Below the pieces are notes generated by a model. The model searched no databases, was not told the DNA's origin, and saw nothing but the letters and a program-made list of their open reading frames with translations. A DNA stretch of 64,000 bases from Hormiphora californensis (taxonomy: Eukaryota; Animalia; Ctenophora): positions 3,906,001 to 3,970,000 of the forward strand of contig CM035359.1 of the NCBI GenBank assembly GCA_020137815.1, read 5' to 3'. The translations under genes and the position numbers were made by a program. This document shows positions 39,235-51,200 of the stretch, in pieces (the first letter of the stretch is position 1; every line of letters starts with the position of its first letter).

Positions 39235-42200
39235 ATGTCTAAACTAGCTGTTGACTCACCATCGGTAAGTTGATTGTAATTGTATCTTAATTCTATTCTA
39301 CTGTTTGCGTTTACCAGTTTGTTGATGTTTGTTGTGTTTAGCCAAGTTTAATTTGTCCCAATTCTTAGGTGGTCGTGCTATCTGATAGCCTCTTCAAGTA
39401 CTTTGATAAGAAGCCATTACCTGCCCATGTGACCAACTTGTTCGTCAGTGGTGACAGGGTCGAGAGAATGACCCACCGTGTTAGTAATCTGCCTGTCGAC
39501 AAATCCGTTGATGATATCATTGTCATGGTCGGCACAAACGACCTCTGGCAACGATTTTCCTATTACACGTTTGCCAAATTCTACCACAACCTTATTGCGT
39601 GCATTGCTGACACATGGCCCTCTGCTGATATTCATTGCTGCCATATTCCGCCGAGGACGCATCAGCGTCAGAGAGGTACGTTGCGTTGCCTTACAAGTTG
39701 AAATTGTAACTTACTAAAATTATTAATTATCTATCACCCAGAACAATTGACTTATTGTAATGTCTTCTTCAGTTGCACCGTACATACCGTTGTATAATGA
39801 GGTAATCACGACTACTGCTGAACAGTTGGTTTCTGTGGTGCCTGTACCATCTGAATGGAGAGACCACATTCACTTGGCAAGGGACGGCCTTCACCTCGGC
39901 TACCCTGGTATCCAGCTGTATAGAAAGGCCACTATGGCATCTATATTTTACAAGAAGGTAAAGGAGAATTGTAACAGCTTGAATTAGGTGTTAGTAAACA
40001 TCCCTACTAAAATATAGTTCGACGCGACGCGACGCGCGATCGATGAACGATCGATAAACAATCGATATCGATCGTTTATCGATCGTTTATCGATCGTTCA
40101 TCGATCGCGCGTCGCGTCGCGTCGAACTATATTTTAGTAGGGATGTTGCATCGTTCGTAATCATGAATTATATCTGATATGTCTATATTGCTCTTCGCAG
40201 TACGTATAATATGTAAAGTAGTACAGTAGTGGTAATAGCAGTGCTATAGTGTATTATAGTTTCAAATTTCAATATTGTTTACGCTATGCTACATTTCATT
40301 ACAGGTCGCCACAGAGATTGTTCATGTCCCCGTCCAGCCCGTCTCAATAGAATCGCCCATCATTGCCACTACGGTGAAAGATATCACGATTCAATCTGAC
40401 CTAGTTGACCTACCAGTGGACCTACCAATCCAATCGGTAAGTATTCATAACCTATTTTGCTCGTGGAGTTGGAGTGCTAGGCCATGTTATAGAACGTGTA
40501 GCAGTACTAGCAATTAGTGGTTGTACAAACAAGCACTATTAGTCTTAGTACAGTAGCGGTAATCCGTAAAGCAGTGCTATAGTGTATTATAGTTTCAAAT
40601 ATCAATATTGTTTACGCTATGCTATGATATATTTCATTGCAGGTCGCCACAGAGGTTGTTCATGTCCCCGTCCAGCCCGTCTCAATCGAATCGCCCATCA
40701 TTGCCACTACGGTGAAAGATAACACGATTCAACCCGACCTAGTTGACCTACCAGTGGACCTACCAATCCAATCGGTAAGTATTCATAACCTATTTTGCTC
40801 AGTTGGAGCTGCTTAGGCCATGTTATATAGAACGTAGTAGCAGTACTAGCAACTTAGTGGTTGTAACAGTAACACTAGCACTATTAGTCTTAGTACAGTA
40901 GTGGTAATAGCAGTGCAGTGCTATATAGTGTATCATATTGTTTAAGCTATGCTATAATATTCTTCATTACAGGTCACTGCAGAGGTGTTACAAGTCCCCG
41001 ACCGACCCGTATCTATAACATCGCCTGTAATTGCCGTGAAAGATGTCACAGAGGTTGTCCAAGTGCCGTTCCCAATAGAATCTCCCACTGAAATTCAGTT
41101 TGGGGAGTTACACTATGATCACGGTATTCTCCGTCCGGATGTAAAGGTTAGAAGCGTTACCATTTTATGTGATGATCATATACTTAGTTCGTATTAGTCG
41201 CACTATTAGTCTTTATACAGTTATAGTGGTAGTAGCAGTGCAGTGCTATATATTGTATCATATTGTTTAAGCTATGCTATAATATTCTTCATTGCAGGTC
41301 ACCGCAGAGGTGTTACAAGTCCCCGACCGACCCGTATCTATAACATCGCCTGTAATTGCCATGAAAGATGTCACGATTCAATGCGACCTTACAGATGATC
41401 TACAAGTGGAGCTACCAGTCCAATCAGTAAGTATACCATTTCTTATTTTTCTCTGTGTTTATTTTAATTTTATCACTACATATTAGCGGAGTCCATTTTT
41501 ATATTTAACACTTTTCTTAGGTGTCAAAACCGAACAATTTAATAAGTCAGCAACTAATTGGAAAGCGGCATCCCCCAGTACCTCTAACACCGTCTCCGAA
41601 GCCACAATCATCTACCCGCCAGCACCGAAAGGATACCCCCTATATCATGCCGACTAGAAAACAGGTATAGTTACATTCAGTTTTCAAAGCAACATGGAAA
41701 TTATATGTACTGTGCAGGTGGACACCGTAATAATTGAGAAATTATTAGTATTTTTTATCACTTTTAGCGGAGTCCATTTTTATATTCAACACTTTTCCTA
41801 GGTGTCAAAGCCGAACAATGTAATTGGAAAGCGGTATCCCCCAGTACCTCTAACACCTTCTCCGAAGCCACAATCATCTACCCGCCAGCACCGAAAGGAT
41901 ACCCCCTATACCATGCCGACTAGTAAACAGGTATAGTTACATTCAGTTTTCAAAGCAACATGGAAATTATATGTACTGTGCAGGTGGACACCGTAATAAT
42001 TGAGAAATTATTGGTATAGTACAAAATTAATTTATCTTTACCATCAGATGTACAAGAAGCGGTCCGTGATACCTGATTCAATGGTTTTACCACATGCAAA
42101 TGGTGCAGATGTAATCTTTTGTGGCAGATTCATCCACTTTACCACTGAGCTACCAGTACTGGAGACACCCGTTTCAGAAGAGGTAGTTTATGGAGGTGGT

Positions 42201-45200
42201 GGGAAAAGTCTTAAGAGGAAATCTTCATTCACACGAAAAACCAGACGAAATAAGAGTAATATTGGTACGTACAAGCTAATTAGTTCAATTACATGTTCAT
42301 TTTATAATTCATTATTATCTTCTTACACTTCCAAAAAAATTAGTTGATATTGATAAAGATCCGATTATCCGTACTAACTTTGTCCTTTCTCCTCAGTTAC
42401 TACGCAACCTACCACTAACAGCGACGAGAATTTTGCAGACATAATTGATGAGGCTGAGGCTCTTAATGCACTACCTCGAGAAGCAATTACTGTCGATACA
42501 ACGTCAAAGTACATAAGGTATAACAAATCAGAGAAAGGACTGAAACGTAGTGCTAAATATTTACTGAACCGTTCATTGTCACAGCCTCACAGCACCATCC
42601 ATACCAATCATTCTCAGTCTGACAGTAGTGAGCAACGTAACCAATCACAGCCGGTCACTACCTCTGTATCGAGACACGTCACATATAACCATTCAGAGAA
42701 GGGGATTGCACGGAAAGTGGCTCATCTAGTTAGAGTTTTATCTACACCCGGTCACATTGAACACATGCGAGCACTTTCGGCACGTAGATCAAGGACAAGG
42801 AGGGCACGGAAGGCAAGCGGGGACCGGTGGGTAAAGCATTACGCTCTGTATCTGCGACGGCGCTCACGGATGCATCAGCAATCTAAAGACAGATTAAATA
42901 GAAGGAAAGGTATCATGGCTAGAGGGCTTAGATTACGTAACACTATTCGTGGTAACATTTCATTTCCTGTTGATTTTGATATACGTGGTTCCAATAGAAA
43001 AGTGGCACTATCTGTGATTAGAAGTCATGATACATCCAGAACTCCTGAGTCAGTTACTCGTTCTTTTAGACTTAATAAGTCTACAATCATTCATGGGAGG
43101 TCAAAGTGCCGATTGCCCATTTTGCCTTTGAGCCGTCACAAGTTTATAGTCAAGTCCAAGTCTCGGATGGGTACTGCATCTCGTGCAAACTTCTACATAG
43201 CGGCACAGAAAACATTAGGTAATGCTCTTGGACACTTTAGTCGTTCTGCGTTACACAATATCAATAAAGTACTGTTTGATGAAACCCCACCCCCTAAGCC
43301 AATTTGTTCTAAAAACTTTATGGTTGCCCGTATATGTAAGTCATTAATTGGTAGATGTCTTGAACGGCGTGACCAGTGGGTTAAGATTGTATATTCTGCC
43401 ACTAGTGATCTTATTGACAATGCCGCTGCTATCCTAGCAAAACAGGATCTGACAAATATGGAGGACTCTGAACTTCTTGGGGGTGCTACTCATGGGGTCG
43501 GTTTTGAACCATTCTTTCCTCAGCACAGTTTTCTTAATGGTAAACATTATAAGTTTGATAAAAGCAAGGGAAGTTCGCCTTGTACGGTTGATTGCATTCC
43601 CGCAGATCAGGACGATATCCAGTCCTTTAAAGAGCTTCTCTCAATTGTCGAGTGTTCTAATGTTTCTAGGGGCAGGGAGCTGTCTATGTTACTGGTTAAG
43701 TGTTCCAACCAACTTACAAGGTCTAGTGAGCAGGACCGTTATTTGCTAAATGTTGAGCACAGCAATCATCCTGAAACCTGTTACCGTCCTCAGAGTCTTT
43801 GTAACAGCAAGCTTGTCCTATTAAAACGACTTGCTGTTCATTATGCTGTACCCAGGCAGTTTCTTACTTGTGTCAGTCGACTTAACATGGCGCACAATTT
43901 TATATGTGATCTCGATTCCGCTGTATCGGCGGGCGATATTGAATATCTAATGAAACTTTTAGCGTACATTCCTTATATTAGTCCTACTATTATAAAACTA
44001 GATAGGTGTTCTGTTCATGTGAATGAAGACACAATGAACGAAAAATATGGTTCTCATTTTCAGACATTTGTCGAGAGTATTTCCAATCTCTCCGAGACCG
44101 CGTGTGTTTCTTGTACCCGTTTAATACTTGATTCTGAATCAATCCTTCTGACTCCACGTATCATTACCCCCCGTCTTAAGAATCCTATGTCTGGCTATAG
44201 CAAACTATTTCAATATCTTAACTCTTCTGATCGCAAACGAAAAGGTTATAATCCTGTATCGAAGCTCGAAGGGATGCGAGTTTGCAATTATTGTCACACA
44301 CGTCTTATAAAGGGGGAAGTTCCTAGGATTGGAATAGAGAACCATATGGATCCTGGTGTTGTGCCGGAATGTATTCGCAAGCTCACTCAGATTGAGCTTA
44401 TGTTTATCAAACCCATGTCAATGTATCAGAGCATTACGTACTGCGGAGCAGTTGGGGGATACGTTAGGAAATCAGAACAGCAGAGGCGTGCGAAAGGTCA
44501 TGCAATCTATCTTCCGGTACCACTTAACGACACTATTGAAAAGCTAATGCTTTGTTCTGGAAAACCTAGGAAGCTTTTAGATATTCCTAGTCATGTGAAG
44601 TTAATTGGTATTCCAAAGGCCGATAGAAGTACCTGGATGAGGTTAATTAATATCAATCTCATTTATGAGTGCCTGCAGTGGCTAAAAGCCAACAATCCTA
44701 ATTATTGTGATATTGTGATTCCAGAGTCAGCAGACTGCCTTTTAGACTTTTTAGCCGATATCCCTACTAGTGACGAGTCATCTAACGGCAACTGTTCTAA
44801 TGGGAGTCATCATTCAGGCGATGTTCCTTCTGTGATCGTTAGTCAAGGGAATGGTAGCAATAGTACCGATGAGCTTATTTCCATCGACTTGGACGCGACA
44901 AGCTCTAGTTATACTTCTGATGAAGTTGGTGCTCCAGGTGTCAAGGGGTGTGCAGTTGCTACTAGGAAAAGGGCGTTGGTGGATGACAGCAGTTGCGAGG
45001 AGGGCGAGGGCAGGTGTCATCATTCAGGTTCTGGGTCTGCTCCTTCTATGATCGTTAGTCAAGGGAATGGTAGCAATAGTACCGATGAGCTTATTTCCAT
45101 CGACTTGGACGCGACAAGCTCTAGTTATACTTCTGATGAAGTTGGTGCTCCAGGTGTTAAGGGGTGTGCAGTTGCTACTAGGAAAAGGGATTTGGTGGAT

Positions 45201-48200
45201 GACAGCAGTTGCGAGGAGGGCGAGGGCAGGTGTCATCATTCAGGTTCTGGGTCTGCTCCTTCTATGATCGTTAGTCAAGGGAATGGTAGCAATAGTACCG
45301 ATGAGCTGATTTCCATCGACTTGGACGCGACAAGCTCTAGTTATACTTCTGATGAAGTTGGTGCTCCAGGTGTTAAGGGGTGTGCAGTTGCTACTAGGAA
45401 AAGGGCTTTGGTGGATGACAGCAGTTGCGAGGAGGGCGAGGGCAGGTGTCATCATTCAGGTTCTGGGTCTGCTCCTTCTATGATCGTTAGTCAAGGGAAT
45501 GGTAGCAATAGTACCGATGAGCTTATTTCCATCGACTTGGACGCGACAAGCTCTAGTTATACTTCTGATGAAGTTGGTGCTCCAGGTGTCAAGGGGTGTG
45601 CAGTTGCTACTAGGAAAAGGGCTTTGGTGGATGACAGCAGTTGCGAGGAGGCCGAGCCCAGCTCTAAGCGTGGTGGTATGGCAGATATTGCTACCACCAA
45701 TGTAATTTTAGATATCTGCCGCCGACTTATAGCTAGTTGTACTCTTTGTAAAAAATGCAGAGTGGATATTAACAAAACTAGGTTAGACCTTGGGACCTTC
45801 GGTTATGTTACATATAGTTCTAGTGATCTCCGGAAACTGCTTTGTGATTTACGCCTTTCTTATTTAAGTCTCAATTGTAGAAGTGTCGTTTGTAGTATAA
45901 GTAATTGTAATGCTCCTTTGAATGGCCGTAAAAAAGCGTTGAAAAAGGTAGGGAAATCCAAAAATATTGCCTGCAATATTGACAGCTTTTGCTCAACCGT
46001 GGAACTAATTAGACAGAATTATATTATGTCTATGGAAATACTGGATCACCTTCTAATAGCTAACCAAATATGCAAAGGGTGTCTCTCATGGTTGTCTAAA
46101 AAAGCAGCAGTACCTGATGCAGCCTTCATGCTCGTTAGTATCAAGTCAACTAAACCTATGTTAAATATTTACCTTTTATCTGAAAGGCTTTATGCATACC
46201 TTAATAACATGAAATGTTTAAATGGTTTAAAGGCCAGTGGACAGTGTCATCATTGCCTAGGTGTCGTTCCAGATGAGTTGAGTAAGGAATTGTTTAATTC
46301 AACTGACTGTATCTCCGGTGAGGAGGGTATCATTGGTGCAACTTCTATGTTTCAGCAATTGTCTCAATTAATTAACTGTACTCGTTCTTCTTGCGATAGT
46401 TCAACCTTACCGGGACGAAAGAATGCTGGTGGATGTGACACTGGTCCGGTCAAAAGTTCTAATCTTGACTCTGCAAAAACCAATAAGGATATTGATACTG
46501 ATATTGATACTGATATTGATACTGAAAGCAATTCATCTCTTTCGAAATCCTTATCAGGTTCTGCAGCAGAAAGTGCAGTTTCTTTTGATTCGTTTCCAGG
46601 TCTAAGTGACATCAATGATGATGTCATTAAAAATGGTCCAATGATCGAAAAAATGAACCGTGATGACTTTCTTAACTTTGTTGATAGTTACACGGTTACA
46701 GGTATAGATCAGCAAACGGACGACCCGTACACTGATTTATACAAACTTTTAAAAGTCGATAGCAAGCCTGGGGATTTTAACGATCCCCTTATTGAAAATT
46801 TGTGTTTTCCAGAATTGTTCCCATTTGGCGAAGGCACCAAGTCGGATGCCAGGGGGGAAGATAGCGATGCCAAAGTGGGTCATTTACTTTACGAGAAAGC
46901 TAGGTTGCTATCAGAAAATGGGACGTTTAGGAGAAATATTCCTTACCTTTTTTATCTTGCGTCTCAAAATGAGAAGAGAAAAATTGGTCAAGGTATATCT
47001 GCTGCCTTGCGTAATGTGTCTGGATTTGGTAGTCTCACATCTCGCCAAATTCTGGATATGATCCAGAACAACGACGAGAAATTAATACGCCACATGACTA
47101 GGACCATGTCTAATATTCCTGGTACTGAGCAGTACTTTAGTTCTGCAAAAGTTAAACTTAGGGCCCAAACTGAGAAATTTGGACCACCAACATTCTTCGT
47201 TACCTGCAGCCCTGCCGAATTTGACTGGAAGGAGCTAACTGCTCATTTACGGGAGCGCAATAAGGATATTCCTGATGTTGATAGACTTTCGGATAGCGAA
47301 CTTATAGCAAGGGATCCTGTTACCGCGTCGTCATACATACATCGCAAATTCGATGCTCTGTTAAAGTTTATAGTGGAATCTAAATGCCTGGGCGAGGTTA
47401 AAAGCTGGTTTGTGAGGCATGAGTACCAGACTCGTGGTACGGTACATTATCATTTTCTTTTATGGATTAAGGATGCTCCTGTAATTGGTAAGGATAGCGA
47501 TGAGAATGTTGCCAATTTTCTAAGTGAACGTATTACTTGTCGTATCCCTGATGCTGTTAACGAACCAAAACTACATAGGATAGTTACTAAGTTCCAGAAA
47601 CACCGGTGTGGGCCTTACTGTAAGAAAAAGTTTAGGCATAGGAATGGCCACTTTATATCTACACAGTGCAGGTTTTCATTTCCTCGTAGTCCATCAAAGG
47701 TCTTCAAGTTGCACGATGTTAAGGATACTATAGTTGGGCGGCGTTCAGGCAACTTGAAGAAACGTCTCTATAGCTTACCGCGAACGAAGGATGAGGTCAA
47801 CATCAATGATTATAATGCAGTTATTTCATATTTATGGGAAGGTAATATTGATATCCAGTTCCTTTCGGAGAAATCATTCAGTGTCTCGGCATATGTTAGC
47901 AAATACTGCCTGAAGGCCGAGAAGAGTAATCTAAACTTCTCAATTGAAAACACTACTGGTAACAACATGACTGCAAATCAGCAATTTCATAAATTTGTAT
48001 ACAGTTGTCTCCGGCAAAGAGAGATGAGTGCTATGGAAGCTGCAGACCGCATACTCCACAATAATGGCGAAATGTGGAGAAGTTCCGAGACATTCGAATG
48101 GGTTCCAACTGTTTCTCCCGGTCATGGTCGACGTAGGTTAATGAAAAAGTACAAGGATTTAGAAGGTCAGGATCCTAATTCAACTGATGTTTTTATTCCT

Positions 48201-51200
48201 GATATGATTCATGTATTTTATCCTAATCGGCCTCAATGTCTTGATGACATGAGTCTTCATGATTTTGTTTCCACGTATGAGCGGTTATACGGGAAAACGG
48301 GTGGAGATGTCCTTATTCGCGATCCCACTACTAAAAAGGTCTTGGCACGATTCAAGAAACGGGCTAAGCAACCGATCATATACCACCATCGGTATTCCCA
48401 CAGGACTAAGCCAGAAAAGTTTTACTATTCACTGCTTGCTCTTCATAAGCCCTGGAGAACGGAGGGCGATATTTTAGGGCCAAGTGCAACCTATGAAGCT
48501 GAGTTCTTTAGGTGCATTGCGGACAGGTCTGAGCTTAAGTCGCGGGCAGAGGCCATAATTAACATAGAGCAAGCCCGTGAAACCATGGAGCAACGCGTCA
48601 ACGAGGACCTCACTAAGGGGCCAGAATCCCAGCAATGTTCTGATGGGATCGAAAACGATGCTCTGATTGCATTTGAGGCTTCTAGGTCTGGGGCAGCTGT
48701 ATCATCTGATGAACTTGAAACTATCATTCAAACCTTGAATATAGATCAGCGGTCCATTTTCGATTTAGTTGTTGATAAAGTTACCAACGACAAGCAGCTC
48801 CTTCTTTATGTCTCTGGGTTTGGGGGGACAGGGAAGTCTTATGTTTTAAAAGCAATAACTTCCTATATTAGGCTCCATAATAAAGATGTCCTTCTAGCTG
48901 GTCCTACTGGTCTTGCTGCTAAAAACATTTCGGGTATGACTCTGCATTCGATATTTAATCTTCTGGTTGAGCACGGTTGTCAGCCTAAGTACAGTGCCCT
49001 TAAAAAACCGGTCTTGGATCAAATGCGGGCTGTTTTTAAAGATCTTCAGTGCATAATTATTGATGAAATTAGCATGGTTTCTAATGTTCTCCTCTTATAT
49101 GTCCATTTTAGGCTTAACGAGATATTTGCTCCTGGTGGTGGTCAGCTATTTGGTGGTAAACACGTTATAGTGTTTGGGGATTTGCTTCAACTTCCCCCAG
49201 TTATGGCCCAGCCTCCCTATGTTACTTTGCCTGAAATAGAAGTTCATAAATTAACTAACGGCCTACCTCAAGAAATTAACCTATGGCAACATTTTGAATT
49301 TAAAGAGCTTACCATTAATCAGAGGCAAAAGGGCCAAGAAAATAAATTGTATTCCGATCTCTTAGGAAGGTTAAGGCTTGGTGCATGTATTCCAGATGAT
49401 TTTAGTATGCTTAATTCTAGGGTTATAAACTTGGGGGGGACGTCGCCGGAAGAGCTACGCAAGTCACTGGTAGATCGTTATCTGTCAGTTGCCCAGATCG
49501 AACCGTCTGTCGTATGCCTTCTACCTAAACGATCCATGGTTAAAGATTTTAACGGGGCTATAATGGCACGTAATTTCCCGGATGCAGAAAAGGTCGAGGC
49601 GGTAGATGAGGTGGAGCAATCAGGGAGGAAAAACAAGAAGTTGGAGAAGAACATTATGGACGCAGTTAGAAAGTTAGATGACGAAGGGGATGATAGGAAC
49701 ACAGGGGCTCTAGAAAAAGTTCTCTTTCTAGCCCCGGGTGTAAGGTGCATGTTGAGGCAAAATCTCGATGTACCGAATGGCTTGACAAACGGCACAATCG
49801 GTACTATTGTGACACTTCAGAGGGACAACGGAGGAGTAGTGGATAAACTGGTTGTGCAGTTTGATGGATGTAAGGAACCTGTCACTATACACCGCGAGAA
49901 ACGGAAGATCATGGTATTTACAAACGGTTACTTCTACAGGGAACAATTCCCCGTCACCGTGTGTTACTCGATGACCGTTCACAAGAGTCAGGGTTTGTCG
50001 CTTAAGTCTGCATTTGTGGATATCGGTCTCTCCATCTTTGAAGCTGGTCAAGTTTACGTTGCCTTGTCAAGGGTCACCTCTATGGCTGGGTTACATATAA
50101 TCAATCTAGCACCTGCAAAAATATTTGCGAGAAAGGACGCGTTGGTGGTTTACAAGCACATGGGAAGCAAGCCTTTGCATGATTCAGTTAGACCGGGGAA
50201 TCAGGAGCCTGTCGAGCCTGGTCCAGGAGAGCGTATTTGGTATACTACTGCATCGTCTAGGTTGGCTAGAAGTACTATCAAATCGACAATTTCCAATATG
50301 GCATCAAAGGTTAAGGATAAGGTTAAGCGTACCCTCAAAGGTCCTCTTCCTACTACCACTAAAAATCCTTCTAAGCGGTGTCATAGCGATGTCCTCAGTG
50401 TTACTTCTGATAATCTTTCTAGTCATATAGATGCTGTGTTTGCTATTACGTCACGTTCTAGCTATTTTCATAATTTTACTCGTATCGAGATTGCAACTAT
50501 TTATTCAGATTTGATACTTCCAACAGCCCAATTAGTGGCTGCCGGCAGGGTTCCATCTACTTTAAGGTGCGAACTATCTCTTCAGCTAAACCCTGATCCA
50601 TTTTCAGTATTAAGTTACACCCGATATAAATGGTTAAGTGGGTCACTCATGACACGGTATATATGGTATCTGCAGGATACCATTCAAAATTTGTCCATGT
50701 ACAGTATGGGGTACGGGGTTGAAGAATCGTATGGTATTGTAGGGCTAAACAAGAGTGAAGAACACTTTAGCCAAAAACGATTTTGCCTCAAGCAATACTC
50801 CTTAAATGGCACTGCTGCCAGGTACAGTCGCAGAGGTGAAATCGTTAAGGCCGGCCATCCAATGGATAAGGATTTAGTTGTTGTATTAGGAAACCCAGGT
50901 AATCATTGGATCCTGGTAATAGTAGACAATAGACCATCTAAGAGGTGCGTCTTATATTTTGATTCTGCCAGTAAAAGCATCCCTAATTCCCTCAAAAAGA
51001 GGAGGTGTCAGAAGTATGTAGCGTTCATTAAGAAATGGTGTGATTACTTACCAATAAAATATGGTGTCTGCAGTAGTGCTGGCGGTATAATGGATACCGC
51101 TACGTATAGGTTTACTAATTTAGACGGTAAATCCAATCAACAGGACAATACTTATGACTGTGGCGTATTTGCTCTTTCAAATTTAGAACAGTACTTGTTG

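Noticed and set aside
43193-50430. Short overlapping or antisense ORFs within RepHel
   Set aside because: Shadows of the long ORF and its 216-bp repeat, with no independent motifs.
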